Shown: positions 47,345 to 57,040 of the stretch, piece by piece
Layout: every line of letters begins with the position of its first letter
How positions within the stretch are numbered: position 1 is the stretch's first letter
DNA from: Deltaproteobacteria bacterium
Lineage (GTDB): Bacteria; Myxococcota_A; UBA9160; SMWR01
DNA: 64,000 bases
Assembly (NCBI GenBank): GCA_032128115.1
Contig: JAQBHB010000047.1
Coordinates: 160,001-224,000 of the forward strand
Direction: 5' to 3'
Notes under the pieces: generated by a model
What the model saw: only the letters and a program-made list of their open reading frames with translations
What the model was told of the DNA's origin: nothing
Database searches by the model: none
Program-made: the position numbers and the translations under genes

Positions 47345-48400
47345 CTAGCGGCGAATCCGCGCCAGGACGAACAGCCCCGCCACGCCCGCCGCGAGGAGGA
47401 TCTCGGTTCGCGGCTCGGGAATCGCGATGATCTCCACGTCTTCGTCCAGGATCTGGGGGGTCGTGCCGGCGCGCCGCGCGGCCCACGATGCCTCGGACTC
47501 GGCCACCTGGTCGCAGGTCATGGCGATGGCGGGGGGGAAGAACACCTGCTGGACGAGATCGATCAGGAAGACGCTACGCCCGACTCCGGGCGTGCACGCC
47601 ACCGCTGGCGGCCCCGTCGCCTGGGCGCCCGTGCACTGGGGATCCAGCAGGATCGGCACGAAGGCGCCGCCGCTGCGATCGGGATCGGGCTGGAAGCCGC
47701 TCACCGGGTGGGCCAGCCCGTACACCGGGTCGGCCCGCGAGCAGCCCCATGCAGCCTCCACCGGCAGGCTCTGGAGCGGCAGGCTGCGGAAGACCTGGTT
47801 GAAGGGCAGCTCCAGGATCGTGAGCGTGTCGAGGATCGGCAGGGCTGCGATGGCGTCGGCCACGGTCATGCCGTCGCCCACCACGCGGCCGAAGGCGGTG
47901 AAGCCGACGCCGTCGGTCAGGTCGAGGGCCAGGTTGTCGTCCAGGTTGATGAACCACTGGCTGGTGGCGCTGTTCGGCTGGCCGCCCAGGCGCGCCATGG
48001 CGAGGGTACCGCGTGTGTTCGACAGACACGGCTCGTTCGCGATGGAAGGGTCCAGGGGGATCTGGGTGTACTCGCCGTCCACCTCGCGGAAACCTCCTCC
48101 CTGGATGACGAAGCCGGGGACGCTGCGGTGGACGAGCGTCCCGTCGTAGTCGCCGTCGTTCTTGTAGTCGAGGAAGTTCTGCACCGTGATGGGCGCCATG
48201 TCCGGGTACAGCTCCAGGGGGATCGTCCCCAGGCTGGTCTGCATGTCCACCCGGATCGGGTTGTCCAGATCCGGCACGCATCCGCCGATCTCGCCGATCT
48301 GGGCCCGCGCCGCGGAAACCAGCAGGAGGCTGGCCAGGGTGAATCCCATCCCGAGGGCCCCGAGGCCTCGCGCTTCGCCATTTCCGCGCCGCATCCGCAT
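47345..48400 (-). CDS. Cyclophilin-type PPIase with PEP-CTERM sorting signal
   Basis: Signal peptide; HRSVPGFVIQGGG, NTRGTLAMAR, SATSQWFINL; C-terminus IPEP + hydrophobic stretch + RIRR. Confidence 0.88.
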   Translation of the reverse strand: MRMRRGNGEARGLGALGMGFTLASLLLVSAARAQIGEIGGCVPDLDNPIRVDMQTSLGTIPLELYPDMAPITVQNFLDYKNDGDYDGTLVHRSVPGFVIQGGGFREVDGEYTQIPLDPSIANEPCLSNTRGTLAMARLGGQPNSATSQWFINLDDNLALDLTDGVGFTAFGRVVGDGMTVADAIAALPILDTLTILELPFNQVFRSLPLQSLPVEAAWGCSRADPVYGLAHPVSGFQPDPDRSGGAFVPILLDPQCTGAQATGPPAVACTPGVGRSVFLIDLVQQVFFPPAIAMTCDQVAESEASWAARRAGTTPQILDEDVEIIAIPEPRTEILLAAGVAGLFVLARIRR

Positions 48401-48466
48401 GTCCCCAGCGTCCGCTCAACGCGGGCGTTCGAAGCCTAACATCCGGCGGCGGGCCGGTGTCCCGAA

Positions 48467-50860
48467 TCAGTCGATCAAGCCCGAGCGGCGGCTGGCAGCC
48501 AGGGCATCGATGGCGGCGATCCGGCGCAGCGCCGTTCGGATCTCGTCGGCGAAGGCGCGGCGCTGATGGGCGAGATCCGGGGCGCCGGTCTCCAGGAGTT
48601 CGCGATTTTCGGCCAGGCGCAGGGCGGAGCCGATCACCAGCTGGGAGACCGAGGCGTTGCTGCGGATGCGGCGCTGCAGATGGTACTGGCGACCCAGCTG
48701 CATGCACCGCTCGATGCACCGCTCCCGATCCACGGGCTCCTCGGGATCGGTCCGCTCCAGGTGGTCGGCCACCAGTCCGTACGCCTCGAGCAGCGGCCGC
48801 AGCACCCGGTGAGACGAGAACGGACGGAAGCTCCGCACCAGCTCCTGGATCGCATCCGCCCCCGCCTGGAGCTTCGGCTCCCAGCGGCTATCCGCGAAGG
48901 CAAGCTCCCTTGCGATCTCGCCGCGGAAGATCTCCTTCTCCGAGAAGAAGAACTCGAACTTCATCAGGTCTCGAAGGGCCATTACCGAGTCCCAGAAGGC
49001 GGTGGTCGGGTCGCCGGCGTCGTCTTCGGCGGCGCGGAGCAGTGACAGCTCGGCGATGGCCGGATTCACGAAGAAGTGGATGATCGTGTTGCTGTAGTAG
49101 GCGGCCGCGATCTGCTCGTCCGGGCCGATGCGGTAGATGGCTTCGGGCCCCTCGCTGAAACGCGAGACCACTCCGTTTTCGACGAGTGCATCCAGGGCAC
49201 GGCGCACCGAAGCCTCGTCGCCCAGATCGAGTTCGTCGGTCTTCGGCAACTGGCGGCGGCGCACGAAGTCCACCAGGCGCGAAAGGGAGCCGCGGATTTC
49301 GTCGAGGGTGAGCGCCTGATCACCAACGCCAAGCAGAGTCAGGGTTACCAGAGAGGAGGAGGTCACGGGCGTCACCCGGTTGATGCGCGTCGCCACCTCG
49401 AAGGCCAGTTTTTGGACCGCCAGGTTGTCTTCGTCGTCGTTGGGCTCGGCGCCGGGTTCGGCGCGCCCCAGCACCTTGGAGAGAGCGATGGGCTCGCCAA
49501 AGCGGATGTGGATGTTGCCGTAACGGCGCCGCAGCCGTTTCACCACCCGCACGAACCAGCCGAAGCTTTCCTTCTGCTTGGGCTGCCCCTGCTGCTCGGC
49601 CGCGTAGTCGCCCACGTCCTGGATCTGGTCGTAGGCGATCGAGGTGGGAATCAGCATCACGTCCTCGGCCTTGCCGCGTCGGAACGAGTCCACCACGTAG
49701 GCCAGCATTCCGAAGCGCGGGGGCAGCAACTTGCCCGATCGCGAACGCCCGCCTTCGATGTACCACTCGAGGGAGAAGCGTTTCTCGATCAGGAAGTCGA
49801 TGTACGCATGCAACACGAACTTGTAGACGGGGTTGTCCTTGAAGCTGCGACGGATGAAGAAGACGCCGCTGCGCCGCACGATGGGCCCCACCGGGAAGAA
49901 GTTCATGTTGATGCCACCGGCCGTGTGGTTGGGCGGGTGACCCTGTTGGTGCAGGGCATATTGCAGCACCAGATGGTCCAGGTTCGACTTGTGGGACGGC
50001 AGGAAGACCACCGGGTAGCGTTGGGAGAGCGACTTGATGCGCTCGAGTTCCTCGTGGTCGTAGTAGAGAGATTCGCCGTAGCCCTGGGTGTAGAGCAGGT
50101 GGATCAGGTGGGCGACCAGGTCGATCACGAAGGGACTGTGGGTGGCGGCGATCTCGCGCAGATAGCGCGAGGCATTGCGTTCGACTTCGCGCCTCGGCCG
50201 GCCCAGTTCTTTCGCCAGGCGCGTGAGGCCGCCGCGAAACGTGGGCTTGCCCAGGATGTCCTGGTGAACCAGGCGCGGAACCTTGTAGCGGTTGCCGCGC
50301 AGGCGGCGCTCGCCGCGCTCGAGCGCCAGACCCGCCTGGCGCGCCACGAACTCGGCCAGGCCCGTGGTCTGGGATGGGTCGCTGCCGGTGGCCCGCTGCC
50401 AACGCTGGCGCAGCTCGGAGACCGGCGCCGGGTCGCCGGCCACGATGCGACAACGATCGCGTTGGCTGCGCAGGATCCAGACCTGGCGCAGGCTCCCCGG
50501 ATCGCGCGGGTCGCCCAGACGGAGCAGGTCCCGGAATCGAACCGCGCGGGTGCCGCCCCGCTTACGGGGCAGCCACGCCACGCGCAACGGGGTCAGCAAT
50601 GCGTCCGGGTCCGAGGCGAGGCAGGCGTCGAGCCGCGACAGCGAGACGCCTGGGCGGCGGCGCCGGGTGGGCGGGATCCGGATCGACTGGATCGGGCCAT
50701 CCGACGCAGCATCGGGTCGATTGCGTTCGATCCAGGCCTCGAGAACCCGGGTCTCCAGCTCGCTGCAGGCGTCGATCAGGAAGACGGCGCGCCGGCCCTC
50801 CAGATCGGGCCAGGCGGGCTCGTTGCGCAGGGGCCCATGAGCGGCCGGGGGAGGCGCCAT
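48467..50860 (-). CDS. plsB: Glycerol-3-phosphate O-acyltransferase
   Basis: PSHKSNLD (HxxxxD), FFIRRSF, IEGGRSRSGKLLPP, IAYDQ. Confidence 0.9.
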   Translation of the reverse strand: MAPPPAAHGPLRNEPAWPDLEGRRAVFLIDACSELETRVLEAWIERNRPDAASDGPIQSIRIPPTRRRRPGVSLSRLDACLASDPDALLTPLRVAWLPRKRGGTRAVRFRDLLRLGDPRDPGSLRQVWILRSQRDRCRIVAGDPAPVSELRQRWQRATGSDPSQTTGLAEFVARQAGLALERGERRLRGNRYKVPRLVHQDILGKPTFRGGLTRLAKELGRPRREVERNASRYLREIAATHSPFVIDLVAHLIHLLYTQGYGESLYYDHEELERIKSLSQRYPVVFLPSHKSNLDHLVLQYALHQQGHPPNHTAGGINMNFFPVGPIVRRSGVFFIRRSFKDNPVYKFVLHAYIDFLIEKRFSLEWYIEGGRSRSGKLLPPRFGMLAYVVDSFRRGKAEDVMLIPTSIAYDQIQDVGDYAAEQQGQPKQKESFGWFVRVVKRLRRRYGNIHIRFGEPIALSKVLGRAEPGAEPNDDEDNLAVQKLAFEVATRINRVTPVTSSSLVTLTLLGVGDQALTLDEIRGSLSRLVDFVRRRQLPKTDELDLGDEASVRRALDALVENGVVSRFSEGPEAIYRIGPDEQIAAAYYSNTIIHFFVNPAIAELSLLRAAEDDAGDPTTAFWDSVMALRDLMKFEFFFSEKEIFRGEIARELAFADSRWEPKLQAGADAIQELVRSFRPFSSHRVLRPLLEAYGLVADHLERTDPEEPVDRERCIERCMQLGRQYHLQRRIRSNASVSQLVIGSALRLAENRELLETGAPDLAHQRRAFADEIRTALRRIAAIDALAASRRSGLID

Positions 50861-50909
50861 CGGGCGCATTCTACCACCGGCGCCTCGCTGGCAGCAGCAG
50901 CGGGGGGCG

Positions 50910-52259
50910 TCATTCGGGCGCCTTTGCCAGGAAGTCCACCGCCAGTTGGGAGAGGGCGCGCACCCCGAGCCCCAGCGCGCTCTCGTCCACGAAGAAGAGA
51001 GGGGAATGATTGGGAACCAGGTCCTCTGCCGCGACCGTCGGCGGACGGATCCCCAGCCAGAAATAGAAGCCGGGAATCCGACGGGCGAAATGCCCGAAGT
51101 CCTCGGCGCCGGTGCGGGGCGGGGGCGTCACCACGTTCTCGGCGCCGAAAACGCGCTGCAGGGTGGGGAGCATGCGCCGGCCCAGGGCGGCATCGTTCAC
51201 GGTGACGGGGTAGCCGTTGGCCACATCGATTTCGACCTCGACCTGCGCGCCAGCGCTCTCGGCGATGCCAGCCGCCGTGCGCCGAACGGCGGCATGCAGG
51301 GCCTCGCGCTGCTCGGGAGAAAGCGAGCGGATCGTGCCCTCCATCTCCACCTGCGCCGGGATGATGTTGTGTCGCACTCCCCCGTGGATGGATCCGATGG
51401 AGACCACCGACGGGATGCGGGCGTCGACCTGGCGCGCCGGGATGGCATGGAGCGCCAGCGTGATGCGCGCCGCCACCGCGATGGGATCCACGCCGAGCCA
51501 GGGGTAGGCGGCGTGGGTCTGGCGGCCGGTGACCACGATGCGCATGCGATCCGAGCTGGCCCAGGCGCCTTCGGGCCGGTAGCCCGCGCTCCCGGCAGCG
51601 TGCTGGGGCACCACGTGCAGGGCGAAGATCGCCTCGGGGCGGGGATCGTCGAGCGCACCCTGCTCGATCATGAGCTTTGCGCCGCCTTCCTCGCCCGGCG
51701 GCGGTCGCTCCTCGGCCGGCTGGAACAGGAACACCACGCTGCCCGGGATGCGATCGCGCAGCCCCGCCAGCACGTCGGCCACGCCCAGCAGGATGGCGGT
51801 GTGGGCGTCGTGGCCGCAGGCGTGCATCACGCCGACTTCCTCGCCGTTGTACTCGGTTCGCACCCGTGACGCGAAGTCGACGTCCACCTCCTCGGTGATG
51901 GGCAGCGCGTCCATGTCGGCGCGCAACGCCACCACCGGCTCGTCGCGGGCGCCGCGCAGCACGCCCACCACGCCCGTGTGGGCCACCCCGGTGCGAACCT
52001 CGAGGCCGAGAATCCGCAGGTGTTCGGCCACGAGGGCCGCGGTTCGAAACTCGCGGTTCGAGAGCTCCGGGTGCTGGTGGATGTCACGGCGCCAGGCGAT
52101 CACCTGGGGCTCTACCCGGGCGGTGCGTTGGTCGATCGCTTCCGAGAGAGACGGGGCGAGGCTCTGTGCCCCAGCGGCTCCGGCGAGCGCAAGGGCCGCG
52201 AGAACGCCGAGAGTCGTTTGGGCCCGGAGAGCCGCCGCTGTCGAGCGGCTGTCGATCAC
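50910..52259 (-). CDS. Exported M20D amidohydrolase
   Basis: Signal peptide, RRDIHQHPELS, RADMDALP, MHACGHD, FQPAEE, AEDF, NHSP; GTG 52259 with GGAGG. Confidence 0.92.
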   Translation of the reverse strand: MIDSRSTAAALRAQTTLGVLAALALAGAAGAQSLAPSLSEAIDQRTARVEPQVIAWRRDIHQHPELSNREFRTAALVAEHLRILGLEVRTGVAHTGVVGVLRGARDEPVVALRADMDALPITEEVDVDFASRVRTEYNGEEVGVMHACGHDAHTAILLGVADVLAGLRDRIPGSVVFLFQPAEERPPPGEEGGAKLMIEQGALDDPRPEAIFALHVVPQHAAGSAGYRPEGAWASSDRMRIVVTGRQTHAAYPWLGVDPIAVAARITLALHAIPARQVDARIPSVVSIGSIHGGVRHNIIPAQVEMEGTIRSLSPEQREALHAAVRRTAAGIAESAGAQVEVEIDVANGYPVTVNDAALGRRMLPTLQRVFGAENVVTPPPRTGAEDFGHFARRIPGFYFWLGIRPPTVAAEDLVPNHSPLFFVDESALGLGVRALSQLAVDFLAKAPE

Positions 52260-52332
52260 GTTGCCTCCATGGCATCCTGGGGAGCGCAGGGTATCGTCGT
52301 CGCCCGCCGCCTGCTGCCGGAAGGGAGGGCCC

Positions 52333-53745
52333 GTGTCCGACTCGTTGCGCTGGCCCCGGGAGGCCTGGATCCCGCTGCTCGCCGGCCTCTTCTGGCTGTG
52401 GCGGGCGCCCGAGCACGGGCTCGCGGGCTTCGTGTTCTCGGTGGTGCCCGGTTGTCTGATGCTGGGATCCGGGGTGGCCATGTTGCTGCTCCCGGGAGAT
52501 CGCCGCATCGCCAATTTCGCCGCCGCCGGCGGCGCCCTGGGTGTGATCCTGGCCCTGCCGGCCTTCTTCGTGGTGGGCTTCGGCTCCGGACTGCTGCTGG
52601 TGGCCGCCTCGGTTCTCGGCTTCTGTGCCGCCGGCGCCCACTCGGTGCGACTCGAGCCCGCAGTCGAGGATGTGCCGGCCCCCCGCCCCTCGCCCTGGCT
52701 CTACGCCCAGGTGGCAGTGGACGAGGCGCTGTTGGCCAGCATGCAGGTCAGCATTCTGTTGCTTCGCTCCGGTGACCACGACCGGGTGTCGCAGGAGGTG
52801 GCCGAGGCTCGCGAATTGTTCGCCGATTCGGGCTGGCTGGAGAAGCCCCTGGATTATCACCGGCAGCCGCCACCGCTCGAAAACCCGCAATTGCGAGAAA
52901 CCGGGATCGGGCGCATCCACTACGAAAAGCTGACCTTCGAGAGCGGTTACGCCCCGCACCCGGACGAGCCCGGACGCGACCGCTGGCTCTCCTACGAGGC
53001 GAACAAGCGCGGACGCGCCCTGGTCCTGCGCCACAAGGGCGGGCCGCGACCGTGGCTGGTGTGTATCCACGGCTACCAGATGGGCTGGCCCTTCATCGAC
53101 CTGGCTGCGTTCCCGCCGCCCTGGCTCCACGAACGGCTGGGGATGAACCTGCTGGTGCCGACGCTACCCCTGCATGGCCCGCGCAAGATCGGCCGGCGCA
53201 GCGGCGACGGCTTCATCGCCGGCGACGTGCTCGACAGTGTGCACGCCGAGGCCCAGGCCATGTGGGAGATCCGGCGCCTGCTCGGCTGGGTGCGCGGCGA
53301 GCAGGAGGCTCCGGCCGTGGGAGTGATGGGATATTCGCTCGGGGGTTACAACGCGGCGCTCCTGGCCTCGCTCGACGACGACCTGGCCTGCGCGATTCCC
53401 GGGATCCCGCTCGCCGACTTCAGCCGCGCCATGTACCGGCACGGGCCCGCGCTCCACCTGCGCGAGGTGGAGCAGAGCGGGATCGAGGCGGAGCGGGTGC
53501 GCGACGTGATGAGCGTGGTGTCGCCCCTGGTGCTCGAACCGCGGGTCCCGATGCAGGGGCGCTACCTGTTCGGGGCCGTCGCCGACCGCCTGGTGACGCC
53601 TGACCACGTGCGCGACCTGTGGGAGCACTGGGGCCGCCCGCGCATCGAGTGGTACCAGGGCGGCCACGTCAGCTTCCGCGCCCACCCGTCGGTGGTTCGG
53701 CTGATCAACGAGGCGCTGCGCGACACCGGACTCGCGCGCGCCTGA
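52333..53745 (+). CDS. Alpha/beta hydrolase with N-terminal TM segments
   Basis: About 4 N-terminal hydrophobic segments, IHGYQMG, LPLHGPR, GYSLGG, DRLV, GGH; GTG 52333. Confidence 0.8.
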   Translation: MSDSLRWPREAWIPLLAGLFWLWRAPEHGLAGFVFSVVPGCLMLGSGVAMLLLPGDRRIANFAAAGGALGVILALPAFFVVGFGSGLLLVAASVLGFCAAGAHSVRLEPAVEDVPAPRPSPWLYAQVAVDEALLASMQVSILLLRSGDHDRVSQEVAEARELFADSGWLEKPLDYHRQPPPLENPQLRETGIGRIHYEKLTFESGYAPHPDEPGRDRWLSYEANKRGRALVLRHKGGPRPWLVCIHGYQMGWPFIDLAAFPPPWLHERLGMNLLVPTLPLHGPRKIGRRSGDGFIAGDVLDSVHAEAQAMWEIRRLLGWVRGEQEAPAVGVMGYSLGGYNAALLASLDDDLACAIPGIPLADFSRAMYRHGPALHLREVEQSGIEAERVRDVMSVVSPLVLEPRVPMQGRYLFGAVADRLVTPDHVRDLWEHWGRPRIEWYQGGHVSFRAHPSVVRLINEALRDTGLARA

Positions 53746-53788
53746 TCCCAGAACCCTCTCCCGGTGCGGCGACGGGTATAATCCCCGG

Positions 53789-55438
53789 ATGGCGACGGTT
53801 GCGCCTTCCCAGGGGCGGTGGCTTTTCGGCCCCGCGCCCGATCTGCTGTTCGGCTGTGGATTGCTGTACGTCCTGATCTTCCTGGCGTACGCGGTGGCGG
53901 GCGCCGACCTGCGCGCCTCCGAGGCCCCCTACCTGTTCCCCCTGCTGGCGCTGCTCTTCAGCACTCCGCATTACGGGGCCACGCTGCTGCGGGTCTACGA
54001 GGAGCGCGCCAGCCGTCGCGCGTACACCCTGTTCGCCGTACACGCCACGGTCGTGGTGATCGTCGCCTTCGTGATCGGGCTCTACAACTCGTTTGTCGCC
54101 GACTGGATTCTCACCCTCTACTTCACCTGGAGTCCGTGGCACTACACCGGGCAGAACTACGGCCTGGCCGTGATGTTCCTGGGCCGCCGCGGCGTGCCGG
54201 TGTCGCCCGCGGTGAAGCGCTGGATCCATGCCTCGTTCATCCTGTCGTATGCGCTGGTCTTCGTGATGATGCACGCGGCCAGTGGCAGCGGCGTGGATCA
54301 GCCGCTGTTGAACTACCGCGGGTCGCCGATCCACTTCCGGTCGCTGGGGATTCCCCAGTCGCTGGTCGGAGTGCTGGCGCCCGCCATCCTGGTGGCCGGC
54401 GTCGTGGCGCTGGTGGGCAGCGGCCTGCTGTTGCGGCGGCGAGCATCGCTGCGGGATCTGATGCCCACGGGCGTGCTCGCGCTCACCCAGGTGCTGTGGT
54501 TCTCGCTTCCGTTCGCGGTCCACTTCCTGAAACTGGGATCCGGGATCGACGTCATCGACTGGCGGCTGCGCGACCACTTCCTGAACTGGATCGTGTTCGG
54601 TCACGCGATCCAGTATCTGTGGGTCACCACCTACTACGCGCGCGCTTCTCAGAGCTGGCGGGGCTACTCACCCTATCTGGGCAAGATCCTGCTGTCGGGG
54701 TTGGCGCTCTGGACGCTGCCGGTCGTGCTGATCGCGACCACCGGTGTGGGACAGGTTCCGTACTGGCTGGGCCTGGCTCTGTTGGCCGCGGCCGCCATCA
54801 ACATCCACCACTTCATTCTCGACGGAGCCATCTGGAAGCTTCGCAACAGCCGGATCGCCAGCGTACTGATTCGCAGCGAGAGCGAGGCGACGGGCGCGGC
54901 GACGGCCGAGGCTCCCCCATGGCGCCGCCGGCTGGTGTGGAGTGTGGCGGGAGTGGGCTTCGCCCTCGGGATCTTCTGCTTCTGGCAGGAGGAGCTGGTG
55001 ACACCGGCGGCGATTGCCCGCCGCGACTTCGACACCGCACGGGCAGCCATGAAACGGATGGGTTGGCTCGGGCGCACGAACCCGGTGGCCCTGAAGGCCC
55101 TGGCGCGGGCCGAGCTCGAATACGACCAGAAGCTGGCCCAACGGGAGGGCGAGCTGGCCGAACAGCCCAACCTCGCCGGTACGTTGCAGCTGGGTCAGCT
55201 CTACGAGGAGCAGGGAGACCTCGCGGCCGCACTGCGCACCTACCAGTCGGCGCTCGAGGCCGATACCGACGAGCGGCCCGAGCTCTTGTACCGCGCCGGT
55301 GTCGTGTCGCTGCGAATGGGCCGGACGGGACAGGCGGAAGAGCTGCTGCAGCGCGCGCTGATGCTGCGTCCCTGGCACGAGCCCAGTCGACGCGAACTCG
55401 CGCGTGCCCAGCAGGAACTGGCGACCGGGTCGTACTAG
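53789..55438 (+). CDS. Polytopic membrane protein with His motifs and C-terminal TPR
   Basis: Multiple TM segments; PHYGAT, WHYTGQNYG, GHAIQYL, IHHFILDGAIWKLR; TPR-like tail. Confidence 0.7.
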   Translation: MATVAPSQGRWLFGPAPDLLFGCGLLYVLIFLAYAVAGADLRASEAPYLFPLLALLFSTPHYGATLLRVYEERASRRAYTLFAVHATVVVIVAFVIGLYNSFVADWILTLYFTWSPWHYTGQNYGLAVMFLGRRGVPVSPAVKRWIHASFILSYALVFVMMHAASGSGVDQPLLNYRGSPIHFRSLGIPQSLVGVLAPAILVAGVVALVGSGLLLRRRASLRDLMPTGVLALTQVLWFSLPFAVHFLKLGSGIDVIDWRLRDHFLNWIVFGHAIQYLWVTTYYARASQSWRGYSPYLGKILLSGLALWTLPVVLIATTGVGQVPYWLGLALLAAAAINIHHFILDGAIWKLRNSRIASVLIRSESEATGAATAEAPPWRRRLVWSVAGVGFALGIFCFWQEELVTPAAIARRDFDTARAAMKRMGWLGRTNPVALKALARAELEYDQKLAQREGELAEQPNLAGTLQLGQLYEEQGDLAAALRTYQSALEADTDERPELLYRAGVVSLRMGRTGQAEELLQRALMLRPWHEPSRRELARAQQELATGSY

Positions 55439-55446
55439 GCCGGCGG

Positions 55447-56547
55447 GTGAGGGAGCCGGTACGAGGTCGCCGCTGGATCCGGATCGGTGCCAGCGTGGCG
55501 ATCACGATCCTCGCCGTGGCGCTGTTGCTGGAGTTCTCCGTGCGGGGCCTCGCCCGGCTGGGGATCGAGCTTTCGCCGCCATTGCCGCATTCAGATGCGG
55601 GTTTCTGGGATGGCAACCACGAGATCTTTGGCGTCTGGCATCGGCCGCGCGCCGAGTCTACCCACACCACGGATTGTTTCGACGTCCGCTATCGGACCAA
55701 CTCCATCGGCGCCCGGGATCGCGAGCGCGACGCGCGCGCGCGCGGGAGCCGGGTCGTCGTGCTCGGAGACTCGTTCGTCGAGGGCTGGGGCCTGCCGGTG
55801 AACCAGCGCCTGAGCAACCAGCTGGAGCGCGCCACCGGCATCGAGCACCTGAATCTCGCCATGGCCCACTTCGGCCCGTACCAGGCGTCGCTGGCCTACG
55901 CCGAATTCTCGCCCCGCTTCGAGCACGACGCGGTTCTGGTGGGGATCGCCCCGGTGAACGACTTCGTCGACCTGGACTACGAGCTGGCGCGGGGGGCGCC
56001 GGCCTATCGTTTCCGCTACCGGCCCTATCTGGTGGGGACGTACCCGGACTACGCGCCGCGCTGGCATCGCGAGTCGCGCCTGCATCGCGGGTTCCGGCGC
56101 TACTCATATGCCTTCAATGCCTTCGACTGGGCCCTGCACCGGTCCGGCGCCGATGACGCCTATGCGCCGCCGCTCAAGACCGGCGACGGGTACTTCCACT
56201 CGTACTTCTACGATTACAGCCCCGCCCAGTTCGATCTGCTCCGCGCCAGCCTGGAGCGGATTGCCCAGGTGGCCGGCGGCCGGCGGATGGCGGTCTTCCT
56301 GATCCCAGCCGAGCGCGACTTCGCGCGCTACGGACAGTCGGGCCCCGGTCCCCTGGCGCCGGCGCTCGAGGCCGTGGCAGCACCCCTGGGGGTCCGGGTG
56401 GTGAACCTGTTGCCCGAGATGTTCCAGGCTGAATCCAACCACCGGCGCTATTTCCTCCAATGCGACTACCACTGGAATGCGCGGGCCAACGAGCGCGCCG
56501 CCGCCATCCTGCAGCGCGAGCTGACTCCGTACTTCTACACGCCCTGA
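55447..56547 (+). CDS. Membrane-anchored SGNH/GDSL hydrolase family protein
   Basis: N-terminal TM, LGDSFVEG, VNDF, CDYHWN; GTG 55447. Confidence 0.8.
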   Translation: MREPVRGRRWIRIGASVAITILAVALLLEFSVRGLARLGIELSPPLPHSDAGFWDGNHEIFGVWHRPRAESTHTTDCFDVRYRTNSIGARDRERDARARGSRVVVLGDSFVEGWGLPVNQRLSNQLERATGIEHLNLAMAHFGPYQASLAYAEFSPRFEHDAVLVGIAPVNDFVDLDYELARGAPAYRFRYRPYLVGTYPDYAPRWHRESRLHRGFRRYSYAFNAFDWALHRSGADDAYAPPLKTGDGYFHSYFYDYSPAQFDLLRASLERIAQVAGGRRMAVFLIPAERDFARYGQSGPGPLAPALEAVAAPLGVRVVNLLPEMFQAESNHRRYFLQCDYHWNARANERAAAILQRELTPYFYTP

Positions 56548-56614
56548 GCTGCGCCGGGCGTCGTATACTGCGTCGCGCCGGGGAGGGCGAGCGGTCGGCG
56601 GAACAGGAGGTTTC

Positions 56615-57040
56615 ATGTCGAAGGTCCGGGTCGAGGAAGAGCTGCAGGCGTCGGCGGACGCGGTCTGGAAGCTGGTGAGCGAGTTCGGCGGACTCAAGAA
56701 GTGGGCGGGCCCCATGATCCAGAGCATCGAGGTCGAGGGCGAGGGCATTGGCGCGCGGCGCACGATCTCGTTGCCCGGCGATGCCACCTTCCAGGAGGAG
56801 TTGCGTGCCTACGACGAGGGCGAGCGCAGTCAGAGCTACGCCATCGTGGGCCCGAGCCCGATTCCCGTGGCCGACTATCTGGCGACGCTCCACATCGTAG
56901 AGGCCGGACCCAACGCGTGCCGCGTCGACTGGAGTTCGACCTTCGAGCCCGCGGGTGTGGAAGAGGCCAAGGCCATCGCGATCGTCGAAGGGGTCTACAA
57001 GGGTGGCATCGCCGGCATCAAGAAGGCCCTGGGCCTGTGA
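56615..57040 (+). CDS. SRPBCC (polyketide cyclase/dehydrase-like) protein
   Basis: ADAVWKLVSEFGGL..W, GEGIGARR, CRVDWSSTF; SD CAGGAGG. Confidence 0.88.
   Translation: MSKVRVEEELQASADAVWKLVSEFGGLKKWAGPMIQSIEVEGEGIGARRTISLPGDATFQEELRAYDEGERSQSYAIVGPSPIPVADYLATLHIVEAGPNACRVDWSSTFEPAGVEEAKAIAIVEGVYKGGIAGIKKALGL

Noticed and set aside
51670..52514. Long overlapping N-termini of the divergent M20 and hydrolase ORFs
   Set aside because: Internal GTG starts with SDs (52259 minus, 52333 plus) give non-overlapping genes.
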